The notes under the pieces: model-generated
Database searches by the model: none
Seen by the model: the letters and a program-made list of their open reading frames with translations, nothing else
What the model was told of the DNA's origin: nothing
From: an uncultured Gammaproteobacteria bacterium
Lineage (GTDB): Bacteria; Patescibacteriota; Patescibacteriia; Magasanikbacterales; GWA2-37-8
Assembly (NCBI GenBank): GCA_964540825.1
Contig: CAZINT010000003.1
Span: forward strand, 19,250-83,249
Direction: 5' to 3'
DNA: 64,000 bases
Made by a program: the position numbers and the translations under genes
Shown here: piece after piece, positions 26,382 to 36,500 of the stretch
Numbering within the stretch: position 1 is the first letter of the stretch
Layout: each line of letters opens with the position of its first letter

Positions 26382-26813
26382 TTATTCTGCTTTATAATAG
26401 CCGCCCGTGTTGACGAGGAGTGAAAGATTGCGAATACGCATTGCTGGCACTTGTTTTGCAAGCGCTTCATGCTCAAGCTCGGCTGCCGGAGCCATTTTGC
26501 GCAAATCGTTTAATTCACCGTTGGTGTAGGTTTTATCCCAAATTCGACGACTCGGCCGCTTGAGCGTCTGGACAACATTAAGTAAAAAATAATGAAAGGA
26601 CTGACCATTAATTTTGACAAATGCCAGGATAAGTGCGAGCCCGCCAATTAACGCCAGGGCAACGATAAACAAAGCGGTGTCAGCCAATTTGAAAATAATA
26701 AAAAGGAGCAGCCCCGCGACAAGTAAAATAATAAACTGACGGGTAGTCACTGGCCCAAAAATCTTATCTTCAACATCAATAAATTGTGGAACGGTAAATT
26801 GATTCATGTACAA
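26382..26813 (-). CDS. Small two-TM membrane protein, VirB3/TcpE/PrgI-like by size and position.
   Basis: 143 aa. Two adjacent hydrophobic helices near the N-terminus. Sits immediately upstream of VirB4, as in Gram-positive T4SS loci. Confidence 0.4.
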   Translation of the reverse strand: MYMNQFTVPQFIDVEDKIFGPVTTRQFIILLVAGLLLFIIFKLADTALFIVALALIGGLALILAFVKINGQSFHYFLLNVVQTLKRPSRRIWDKTYTNGELNDLRKMAPAAELEHEALAKQVPAMRIRNLSLLVNTGGYYKAE

Positions 26814-26815
26814 AA

Positions 26816-27940
26816 TTATAACAATTCCTTTTCCATCGCGACGAGCGCTTCTATTTCGGCCATCTGGATTCTTTTTTTATCACTGAGAATGGCGCTCAGC
26901 GGCCGGTGTTCGCTTAGCCCTTGAGTCACCGCTTCCATATAGGCCAAATAGAGCGGCGAAGTTTGCCAAACTTCAAGTGCCCGCAAGTACAAAACAATCG
27001 ATTCTTCTTGAATATGTTTAAACTTTTCTCGCAGTTCGCGAGCTGCCTCGAGGGGATTATTGGATAAGCGTCTAAAGTCAGTCAGCGTAAATTGCTCCAA
27101 CTCTTCGATCGGACCGACTTCAAGACTTACCGCCGCAACATCCCGAACAAGCGGTTTTGATTCTGTGGCGCCGGATAAACTAAGCGGGCTTGCCGGCAGC
27201 GGCGCCCGGGCCATAGGTGAAACTAATTCAGTGCGTTCAGTCTGATTTTTGGGTTTGACTAAATCGTGTATTTCTAAGGGTGCGCTGGCAGCTGCAGCAA
27301 GTAACGCCGAGAATTCTTTAGAAGGCATTTTTTTTGCTGGAGCTGGAGGAATTTTTGACTGCGGCTGAGCTGCTATAGCTGCTGCTTTTTTAGGCGCACC
27401 ATGCTTAAAGGCATTAAACGGAGTTTGTGTAGAAGGAAAAGTATGGTGTTCTACAGCCGGTTCACGATTTTTTTGAAACTGCGTAGCGGGTTGATCGATC
27501 TCTAAATCTGGAACAGCTGTTTTTTTCTCAGTAATTTTAAAGGTAACTGCGCTGGCAGGAGTAGTTACATGTTTGGCGGCATCGGCCTGGCTGAGCACAT
27601 CATTTTTTTGTTCTTCAGTTAGCCCGAGCCCGCCCTCACCTATTTTACGAACCAATGCGTTTTCAGTATCCGCGCGCGTACGAATATCTTTGAGGTAGAG
27701 CTGCAAGACACTCCGCAACCGGTTTTGATTATCTGGTCCGACCATTTTTCCTACTTGTTTCATGATCGTTTCGACTTCGGCAGCCCGACCATCACTGGCA
27801 AGCGGCAGTGCTGGCGGGGTAGGCGCTGCAGGCATTGCCGTTTTTTTCTTGAGTTCGTTAAATTCAGCCAGCGTCATTCTGACCACAGTTCCATCGGCCT
27901 TTTTGACCGCTACCATTGGTTGTCCTCCTGCTGCTGCCAT
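26816..27940 (-). CDS. Hypothetical protein (A/P/K-rich, no TM) in the T4SS-like operon.
   Basis: ORF track 374 aa. A 2-nt gap to neighbours on both sides. Confidence 0.4.
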   Translation of the reverse strand: MAAAGGQPMVAVKKADGTVVRMTLAEFNELKKKTAMPAAPTPPALPLASDGRAAEVETIMKQVGKMVGPDNQNRLRSVLQLYLKDIRTRADTENALVRKIGEGGLGLTEEQKNDVLSQADAAKHVTTPASAVTFKITEKKTAVPDLEIDQPATQFQKNREPAVEHHTFPSTQTPFNAFKHGAPKKAAAIAAQPQSKIPPAPAKKMPSKEFSALLAAAASAPLEIHDLVKPKNQTERTELVSPMARAPLPASPLSLSGATESKPLVRDVAAVSLEVGPIEELEQFTLTDFRRLSNNPLEAARELREKFKHIQEESIVLYLRALEVWQTSPLYLAYMEAVTQGLSEHRPLSAILSDKKRIQMAEIEALVAMEKELL

Positions 27941-27941
27941 A

Positions 27942-28925
27942 TTATGAATTTAGAAGGTCATCATTCCAATGAAATTTGCCATCGGCTTCGTTATAATAAT
28001 ACAAATCGAGTATCATCGCATCGTTATATGCTTCGGCGTATGAAGCGAGTTTACCTAGAACACCTTCGGCGTCGATAAATTGGCCGGAGGCATCTTGAGG
28101 AAACTCGGATTCAAGCAAATTTTTAATATTTTCGTAGGACGGTTTATTTATTGATTCATCTGCAGGGACACTGCCATCTTCAGCATCTTCTCCAATTCCT
28201 TGCTCGTTTTTGTCTCCAATATTTTTTGAAACCGAAACAGGCTGACTACTAGCTATAGTATATGTTTGCGGATGAATAAAAGTTTCTACAATGTACCAAA
28301 TCCTATTTGTTTTAACACCTAAAAAGAAATTAACAAGATCGATAAACTTTTCCACAATATCATCAGGATCAGCAAAAACGTATCCACCCGTCGCTTGTTC
28401 AGACGGAGAAAATAATTTATTTAACTTCGTTCTGAACGAAGCTTCTTCGAGAGAATCATTGCCTCGACTATTTAATAATTTTATTTCTTCTATCAACGCT
28501 TCAACAGTGGCGGGTTTACCCTGAAAAATACCCACCGGAAATTCTGACACCATGAAAGATCTAAGGATTTTGCTATACAAAGATTCAACCTCTGCCAGAT
28601 CAAACACTCTTAGACCAAAGTACCACAGCATTTTTTCTAATACGTCGTATTTTAAGAGAAACGCCATCGGTACCTGCCGCGCAAATAAATCTTCTACAAT
28701 ATCCTGAGCTTCCATTCTTTCCATATGGCGCCAGGACAAATCAACATACCACTTCCAATAAGAGAACTGAAAATTTTGTATATCTGAAAAATTTTTATTA
28801 GCAAAAAAACTTTTCAGCTCTTTCCACAGCAAAATTCGAGCGTCAAAAGTTTTGGTTAACTCGTCGAATTCTTGCTGCTTACGCTGAAGCTCGGCAGCGG
28901 TAAATTGTAGGGAGGTGATAAACAT
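27942..28925 (-). CDS. Hypothetical cytoplasmic protein in the T4SS-like operon.
   Basis: ORF track 327 aa. No TM. Acidic C-terminal region. Confidence 0.4.
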   Translation of the reverse strand: MFITSLQFTAAELQRKQQEFDELTKTFDARILLWKELKSFFANKNFSDIQNFQFSYWKWYVDLSWRHMERMEAQDIVEDLFARQVPMAFLLKYDVLEKMLWYFGLRVFDLAEVESLYSKILRSFMVSEFPVGIFQGKPATVEALIEEIKLLNSRGNDSLEEASFRTKLNKLFSPSEQATGGYVFADPDDIVEKFIDLVNFFLGVKTNRIWYIVETFIHPQTYTIASSQPVSVSKNIGDKNEQGIGEDAEDGSVPADESINKPSYENIKNLLESEFPQDASGQFIDAEGVLGKLASYAEAYNDAMILDLYYYNEADGKFHWNDDLLNS

Positions 28926-28942
28926 TTTATTCTAAATAGAAC

Positions 28943-31705
28943 TTAAGGGGCACCCTTACCCTTCCAATCACTAAAAACCGTATCTCTGATTTTATTATAA
29001 ATATCTACGTTCCCAGTTGCAGTATAATGAGCTTTTAACTTTGTAAGGAGGGTTATCACATCTGCCCTAGCTGCCCCAACCATCTTACTGTCTTTGGTAC
29101 TATCCGAAAAAGCACTAGAGAAACCCGAAGCTGCATCACGCGTGTCTTTGAATTTACTCATTTTTTCAAACAAATTATCCACATCAAGTGACGTTGAGTT
29201 GCCAGCATCATCAGTAGAACCAAAACCTTGAATAAAGTCAGTTTGTTTAAAGTCTACACGAGGTGCGAAGTAAGATTGCATACCGCTCTTCAAATTTGCA
29301 GCAGTATCTGTTGCATTAGGACCAACCTGTCTTCGCGTCGAATCATAGGCGTTAAACAAGCGAAAAGCAGTATGTGCGCCTTGTGAGGGTTTGATTTTAT
29401 TAGCTGCAAGCACGGCCGGATCGTCCGAAAGCTCTTCTACAGCACCCGCAACTCTTACTTCACCTTTACCAGCCAGACTTTTTGTCGCATCAGAGAGCAG
29501 CGACAACACGGCCTGAGCCTCATCATTGTTACGGAAAGTTTTATCATCATTAATTAAGCTATGTGCAACATCAAATTCCCTTGCGTTAGTAATGGCGCTT
29601 CTGCCGGTTATAGCCTGCAGAATATCCTGCCCGGAAGATTCCGCACTCATACTCGCATTACCGCGAACTTTTTTAAGCACCGCCGCCATAACAGCGGTAT
29701 ATGTCTGCTGACCGTCTTTTGCGGACGCCGCCAAGAGTTGTGCCGCGCCGCGCCGCAAATTTTTTAATTTCTTCTCTTCTTCTTCCTTAATAGTACCCGC
29801 CAGTAATTTGGCATCTAGCGCCATTGTTTCGGTAGCAATTTTGACCGCTTCATTCACTTTTTCATTTTGATTCATGTTTAAAAATTCCTTTTGATCTTCT
29901 TCAAACTGATGATTATATACGGATTTTACTGTAGCCGCAGCTTCAGCATTTTTACCCTGTTCTCGAAGTAGCGCAGCACGCTGTTGAGCAATAGCTACCG
30001 CTTCCTGACGATGCAAACCTTTCCTGATGTTTTCAGCATTTGCTTGTGCTTCGATAGCTGTGTGCTCATACTCATGAAACTCAGGGTCGTGCTCGTCAAT
30101 TAAACGCTGCTCTTCTTTGGCATATTTTTCATCCTTCTTTTTTTCAGCCATTTTTTGGGCAGCATGCGCTTTTACACCGGTAAGGAGTTTTAATTTACCA
30201 CCCCAAGATTTACTTGTACTATAGGTTTCTTCAACAATTTCATGTACATTTTCGGCTGACTTTTCCCAATCTTCAGCGCGCTTAGCCTTGCGCCCCGCTG
30301 TTTCCCAAAAAGCACCTCCCACATATGCTTTGAGGTTGTTGTAAATACCACCATCTTTTGCCGCTTTATCTTCCCAAGCCTTAACTCTTTTGTTGCGAGC
30401 AATGTCGCTCACCCCCTTCAAAACGCCCAAACCACCCTTAATGGATTTTCCTAAATTCTGCCAATTCTCTCCACCAATTACCGGGAATTTCATAGCAATA
30501 CCCTTTGCTGCCGGAGCAACCACATTGCTTCCCGTCCACTTAGCAGCATTAAGGCCGCTAGCATAGCCGAATACTTTCTTACCAAAGTCAAGGCCGCTGC
30601 CAACAGCGTCTGCACCCATACCACCAAGCTCGCTGGCCGCTTTGGCCCCAACCATAAGCATGCCAATGGCAATAGCAAAACTGGCCATTTTTGACCAGGT
30701 CATGATAACCGAAATTCCGGCAGATTGTAGACCAGAAGCGAGCCCTCCTGTTCCAGGAGAAGTATCTTGATCAATTCTGTTTGGCGCAGTCGAGTGACTG
30801 GCAATATCACTGCTAATATCCCCACTTCCAAGCGTCACGAACGAAAGCCAGATAAAAAAGAGTAGTACCGGACCCGTAATAACATTGGCAATAAACTGGT
30901 CCCACCATTTGTGCGGAAATGATTGGGTAGAGGGCAAAATACTGAGCACAAAAGCGAGCGGCGAGAGCACAATCAAAACCCAGAGCACAACCATGCGCTG
31001 GATAAGCATGTAGAGGAATGCAAGCATAACCCCCAAAACCATCGCTGCAAACGTAATACCTCCAACTGCCGCAACAAATTGAGCCGTAGCGGTCAATTTG
31101 TCGGGAGTGACACCGTCAGCCAGTTCTAATATTTTATTAAGTTGAAAAGCGTTAATCAGGTTGCCGCCCGCAGTAGCAGCGATACCGTTCACAAACGTGG
31201 TCATGACAATTTGGCCGATATCGATAATTACTCCGCAAATCGTACGACTGAAGTTGACAATTATCGCGGTAAAAACAAACTTACCTAATAATTTTTTCCA
31301 TTCGTATTGCTCGCTGCCTAAAATAGTACCAAACGCAATCACCAAAAGAATGACCACAAAACCCATGTTGGTAAAGTCGCGAACCATCACCCACCCGACA
31401 TTAACAGCCGTTGAATCGAGGTAGCCATTATACCCAGCCAAGGTGATAATGAAGGTAAGGACAAATATAGTTAACTTAATAAAGAGCCCGGCAATAGCCA
31501 GGATGACTGTCGCAAACAGGTTAAGCCAAAAATCAAGGGAAATTATTCCAGCTGAACTGGCAGTCTGAGCAAAGGCTGGCGGCGCAAAAAACGTAACTGC
31601 TACTCCGCCAACAACAAGACAAATTAAAAAAACACCAATCCATTTACGGCGGAGGCGAAACCATGAACCGAGCGCCTGAAGTTTGGAAGCGACGTTCGCG
31701 AACAC
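28943..31705 (-). CDS. VirB6/TrbL-like polytopic membrane protein with a roughly 500-aa hydrophilic coiled-coil C-terminal extension. First gene of the T4SS-like operon.
   Basis: Signal-like N-terminus, then about eight TM helices including MVVLWVLIVLSPLAFVLSIL...VITGPVLLFFIWLSFV. C-terminal K/E-rich coiled coil. The track start (GTG at 31744) coincides with the TGTGCTATACT promoter element, so the in-frame GTG at 31705 is preferred. Confidence 0.6.
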   Translation of the reverse strand: MFANVASKLQALGSWFRLRRKWIGVFLICLVVGGVAVTFFAPPAFAQTASSAGIISLDFWLNLFATVILAIAGLFIKLTIFVLTFIITLAGYNGYLDSTAVNVGWVMVRDFTNMGFVVILLVIAFGTILGSEQYEWKKLLGKFVFTAIIVNFSRTICGVIIDIGQIVMTTFVNGIAATAGGNLINAFQLNKILELADGVTPDKLTATAQFVAAVGGITFAAMVLGVMLAFLYMLIQRMVVLWVLIVLSPLAFVLSILPSTQSFPHKWWDQFIANVITGPVLLFFIWLSFVTLGSGDISSDIASHSTAPNRIDQDTSPGTGGLASGLQSAGISVIMTWSKMASFAIAIGMLMVGAKAASELGGMGADAVGSGLDFGKKVFGYASGLNAAKWTGSNVVAPAAKGIAMKFPVIGGENWQNLGKSIKGGLGVLKGVSDIARNKRVKAWEDKAAKDGGIYNNLKAYVGGAFWETAGRKAKRAEDWEKSAENVHEIVEETYSTSKSWGGKLKLLTGVKAHAAQKMAEKKKDEKYAKEEQRLIDEHDPEFHEYEHTAIEAQANAENIRKGLHRQEAVAIAQQRAALLREQGKNAEAAATVKSVYNHQFEEDQKEFLNMNQNEKVNEAVKIATETMALDAKLLAGTIKEEEEKKLKNLRRGAAQLLAASAKDGQQTYTAVMAAVLKKVRGNASMSAESSGQDILQAITGRSAITNAREFDVAHSLINDDKTFRNNDEAQAVLSLLSDATKSLAGKGEVRVAGAVEELSDDPAVLAANKIKPSQGAHTAFRLFNAYDSTRRQVGPNATDTAANLKSGMQSYFAPRVDFKQTDFIQGFGSTDDAGNSTSLDVDNLFEKMSKFKDTRDAASGFSSAFSDSTKDSKMVGAARADVITLLTKLKAHYTATGNVDIYNKIRDTVFSDWKGKGAP

Positions 31706-31794
31706 AAGAAAAATTATAATTGAAAACTGAACGTAGTATAGCACACTTTTTGAGGCGCAACAACGTATGGGGATAAGCGGAAAAACAAAAAATT

Positions 31795-31828
31795 AAAAAA
31801 CATTCTACAGCAAGTAGAATGTTTTTTA
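31795..31828. terminator. Bidirectional intrinsic terminator (10-bp perfect stem).
   Basis: AACATTCTAC-agcaa-GTAGAATGTT (31799-31822) followed by TTTTT, with an A-run upstream. Insulates the lipoprotein gene from the T4SS-like operon. Confidence 0.7.
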
Positions 31829-31961
31829 GAAGAAGCTTATCCAGGCGCTACCAGCGGTTCCAAAACCTTAGAACGACTGGTAGTGGCTGCGCCTGGGCGA
31901 GCCGACGATGCAATTGCCTTGCATCTGGTGAAAAGAATCGCCGACTGAGGGAGATCAGCCC

Positions 31962-32501
31962 CTACGGCCTGTCGGAGGTGTACGCCGACCTCAGGCTGTA
32001 GAACCCCTGGCGGGGGGTCCCGCCGATGCCGTCGTAAAACGGCGACGGGTAGGTCTTGAAGAGGAGGCTCGTGAGCACCACACCTCCCAACACCTTCCCA
32101 TCGCCCGGATCACCAGCGATGTAGATCTCCTGGGGCGAACTGCCCACCTTAAGGATCAGCCAGAACCCATTGTCGCGGCGCGTCGCCTGGTAGATGGGGT
32201 TGCCGCCCACCGAGCTCTCGGCGAGCGACGCGGCGGTCGGATCCGGTCCGGAGTACAGGGCGAAGGACTGGAGGGATGACGCACCATCCCAGCGCGCGAC
32301 CAGCTGACCGATCCGGTACTCACACACCGGGTCAGTGTTGACCATCCGGAAGTGGCCCAGCAGACGGATGCCGCTGCTTGGCTGGGCAGTCGATTCATTG
32401 ATTGCGCTGACCTCGGGCATGGTGTCTTGGCAGGGGTCGCCGCAGGCGGCCAGAGCGAAAACAGCCAGAAGGGCAAAAAACAAGCTTTTACTGCGCATCA
32501 T
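31962..32501 (-). CDS. Hypothetical lipoprotein (GC-rich islet 3).
   Basis: Signal peptide with lipobox LAAC. High third-position GC. AAGGAG Shine-Dalgarno site. Confidence 0.5.
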   Translation of the reverse strand: MMRSKSLFFALLAVFALAACGDPCQDTMPEVSAINESTAQPSSGIRLLGHFRMVNTDPVCEYRIGQLVARWDGASSLQSFALYSGPDPTAASLAESSVGGNPIYQATRRDNGFWLILKVGSSPQEIYIAGDPGDGKVLGGVVLTSLLFKTYPSPFYDGIGGTPRQGFYSLRSAYTSDRP

Positions 32502-32828
32502 GGACTCCTTCGGTTAGGTTGTGCACTCCCAACCTAACCGAATTTGAATTTTTTGTCAATTTTTATAGCTTAAAAACCTTCTTTTTCTAAAATTAACTTT
32601 TTAAAAAACTTATCCACAGTGTTTTATTGCTAAAATAAGCTAAATATGTGATAGTGAACTTGACAATTTTATAGATTTTTAATCTATTTTCGTGTATTTT
32701 AATGGGTTACTTTCTTTAAATAAAGAGTAACGGCCTTATCCTGCATCGTACTCAGGACATTTTCTTAGATGTCTTAGGTAAGATGCGGGACATTATTCCT
32801 GCGTTGGTAACTGCCTTGGAGGCACATC

Positions 32829-33392
32829 ATGAACCGTCGGAGGATCACAGAGTTTCTAAACATTCTCGCCGCCATCTTCGCGCTAACCCTTTCTTCCGGC
32901 TGCTCGCCGGAACTGATCGGCGGAGTCCCAGAGTACAGCTCTGCCAAGCAGGGTCTCGACCCCGCCGGCAAGCTCAGGGCCGGGGATGACGGCCTCATCC
33001 ACCACCCCGAGCCCTGGGCGAAGGACGGCGGACTGCCGCGAGACCCGGGGACCGGATGCAAAGACATCGTGCCCCAGTTGCAGTGGATCGGCTTGACCGG
33101 CTGGAAGTTCGGCTGGAACGACGACGGGAAGACGTGGCAGAATCTGCTCGTCTACCCGGCCCACTTCGTGTCGACCCGCACCTCGGTGCAAGGCACTCAC
33201 TGCATCGGGGTTATCATGGACGACGGGCCCAACCAGCTGGGGACCATCGATCTCATCCTCAGCTACGCCCAGCTGGGCGAGGCCTACTCGTCTAATGAGG
33301 GTGGAATCTTCCGTCCGGTTGGTCGAGACGACGAGACAGGGCTCACCCCGTCCGACCTCGGCTTCCTCTGGGGGCGGCACGCTGCGCCCTAA
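32829..33392 (+). CDS. Hypothetical lipoprotein (GC-rich islet 3), divergent from the previous gene.
   Basis: Signal peptide with lipobox LSSGC. High third-position GC. GGAGG Shine-Dalgarno site. Confidence 0.5.
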   Translation: MNRRRITEFLNILAAIFALTLSSGCSPELIGGVPEYSSAKQGLDPAGKLRAGDDGLIHHPEPWAKDGGLPRDPGTGCKDIVPQLQWIGLTGWKFGWNDDGKTWQNLLVYPAHFVSTRTSVQGTHCIGVIMDDGPNQLGTIDLILSYAQLGEAYSSNEGGIFRPVGRDDETGLTPSDLGFLWGRHAAP

Positions 33393-33420
33393 TCCTCGGC
33401 CAAACATTGGCCAAACTTCC

Positions 33421-33456
33421 GAGCAGATGCGCTTCGCCCATCTGCTCGTTCTCTTT
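33421..33456 (+). terminator. Hairpin terminator for the islet-3 plus-strand gene.
   Basis: GAGCAGATG-cgcttcgcc-CATCTGCTC followed by a T-rich tract. Confidence 0.45.
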
Positions 33457-33486
33457 AAAAAACAAATTTTGTTTTTTAACCGAAAA

Positions 33487-33520
33487 TAAAAATCCCCTTT
33501 AATATGGGGATTTTTATTTT
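33487..33520. terminator. Intrinsic terminator downstream of the giant-protein gene.
   Basis: ATCCCC-tttaatat-GGGGAT with flanking A-run and T-run. Confidence 0.6.
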
Positions 33521-33534
33521 AATATGCTCTGATG

Positions 33535-36500
33535 TTATTTTGTGACAGGCAAGATCACATCACGGCTAAATTTAATCCATGCTTTATCACTATTACATTC
33601 ATTCAGTCCAGCCGGTTTATTATAGCAGCCGCCTCCAGCGCGGCACGTGCCCGTGCACCACCCCCAATTATCTTCAACTCGTACAGCCGGCTTAAATTTA
33701 CAGCAACCATTTGGATACAGTTCCGGATTAGAACCACATTCATTAGCTGGATAGACCTTCGCTGTGCGCGCATCACATTGGTAGACATGATCGAATTGGA
33801 AGTATGAACTATCGCAGGTCTGATCAAGAATACGGCCAAAGCTTGGAGCTACGTTTGAAGCCAAACAAATTGGAGCGACCGAACAATCGTCGTCGGTACT
33901 GCAGGTCGCCTCGGTAGTCCGTTTAACAATACAGCGATTGACACCCGCATCACGGTCACAGGTGTTGCCTGCGCCACAGTCAGCGTCTGAAGTACAGCTT
34001 TTGTCTTGAAGCTCGCTTACTTGACACTGCTTTGGTTTGCCAGCGGCAACCTGAACACAGGCTGCAGGAGCAAAACCTCGATGGTTGCGATACAACCCGC
34101 TGTAATCTGCAGGAGCTGGACGATCACCCCAGTCAACCGAAATCTTGCGCAGCGGCATATGATTCGCATCGGCAAAAGCATAGAACTTAAGGAACACATG
34201 CCCGGTCTTACTGGTTATTTTAACATCACGATCGGAACGATCATTGACCGTTACCCCGGGTTCAGTACTATCTTCAATACATTGCTCCAGCGAATTACAC
34301 GGACCAAGCGGGAACACTACCGGAGGTTTAACCGGATTTTCAGCAGTTTCAGTTATATCATATGTCGGGTAGTCGGTCGTGCGCCAAATTCGATCAGCAC
34401 CTGTAGCGGTATAATTGAAATAATTAAGACCGTAGACCCGGGCAAACAATCCGCTCAGTGATGTTTCGCCATCAGATATTTCTCTTCCGGAAGCAACGCT
34501 GTTAGCCATAGTATATCCATCACCCATGGGCGTAGTTTGGTAACAGAGCCCATTTGGATTACTCGCTGTTCTTGGACATGAATAGGGTGAGCCGACAGTA
34601 AAGCCATTTATAGCCGGATTATTCTTCGTAATAGTATCAGCGAAAAATGTAGCACAAACAGTCTTGTTCATATCTGTACAGACTTTTTGCGTCTGGAATG
34701 GCGACATGAATATAGGTGAATTGGCCGCAGGAGGACTGAAAAGACCCATTTCTAAACTGCCGAACGGTGCAGTGAGCGTATCGTACGTATAGCCCAGGGT
34801 TGAAACCGTGTAGTTAGGACGAGTCGAGCTCTTCCACAGCCTGTCGGTCCATGGAGCCGTATCTCCCCGTGCTGGAGTCTGCGCATAATGAAGCGTTGCA
34901 TCTTCAACATAGGTACAAAGCTGCTTAAGTTTAAAGCTTACCTCATACCAAATATTTCCTCCGCCGCCAGAATTGTCACAGTAAGCCACGTCATACCCAA
35001 TGAGCGTACCCTGCGGTCCGCTGTTAAACTTAAGATTAACAGCATGCCAATTTCCTGACCCCGAAGCGTCATTTCTACCATTGCAAATTCCATACACAAC
35101 ACCATTCCGTTCGCTCACTTTACCTGAAGTGTGCGCGCCCCACATCTGACCTCCACCGATTGCAAGTGATTCAAAACCACTTTCTTTGAACGGATTGCCG
35201 CGCAAAACATCACAGCCGCCATTTTTCGATTCACAAATATTACCATTCTCATCTACATACCGGCCATTATTGGCTGCACCGCCATTATTACCATTATCGC
35301 TGCCATAGAGAAGGAGAAAATCATTGCTGCTATGAAGGTATTTGCCAGTTACCACATAACCACTCGTAACACCATTATTAGGATTTTTAAGCCGATTGAG
35401 CTTGTACTTTGCCTGTACCCCATCAGGGTCGGCGCCATTTGGAGTAGGGTCGTTGGGCCAAATGGAAAACCAACTATCCGGAGCAGGATCTTCGTTATCG
35501 CCACTAATAACTCTAAAATCAATTCTTTCAATGTCTTCTTTTGTAAATTTCCTTTCCTGATCAGTTGCAGCAATAAAGTCACGAACAAAGTACCCGCCTG
35601 TTGAGGCATTGTCATAGTTGAAATTTCCATTACCCGGGCTCATATACGTATAGTCGGTACCAAAACGCAGATTAGAATTTACTACTACGGTTGGTTTACC
35701 ATCGACAAGCGGAGCACCGCCCGCAACTGATGCCTGGGTACAGAAGTATCGACCGCTATTGGCAGGAGGATTATACCCGGCTTCCGGGTATAAATTATTT
35801 ACGTCAACCGAACCAACCAGGCTATCTACCGGTAACCAGCTAAGGCACGGGTGCTTCGTTGGATCGCCATTCACAATACGGGACAAATCTTGTTCCAGGC
35901 AGAAGCCTTTCCATCCCAGCAAGTTGTAGCTGCGTTTTTGTTTAAGACAAACACCGTCAGTTATCTTATTGCCCATAGCATCAACAACCGCTGTCATGGC
36001 GCCATTGGCTACTTTTGTCTTATAACAATCGTCATCAACATCACATTTATAACCATCACGCCCACCGCCCTGACAGATACCGCCCGGCACAACACCCTGA
36101 TTGGTATCGCCAACACGATCGGCAGCGTTTACCGAGCCGTTTGGATTGCTATAGTTCCAATATCTGGTTAAGGTATCGGCAAAATTTACCTTGGTATAAT
36201 CACACTCGCACAAATATCCTTGTGTACCATCTGAAGAAGGATTCTTTGTTTCCTGACAGAAGTTTGCACTGGCAAAGAAAGAGTTCTTGTTCGTGAGTGT
36301 AGTATACGGGAACGGTGAATCTTTTTCAGGGTACGCACGGCAGGACTGGCGGATGGAGTTGGTATTGAGGTCACTGGCCTTGCCGGTAATGTTCTTCATA
36401 CAAATTCCGTTCAAGCACGTTCCAGAGTTACCGTTTCCACAAACTGGATTGTTGGCGTCAACAATTTTACAAGCTACGTCGTCTTTAGTCTTGCCATCAG

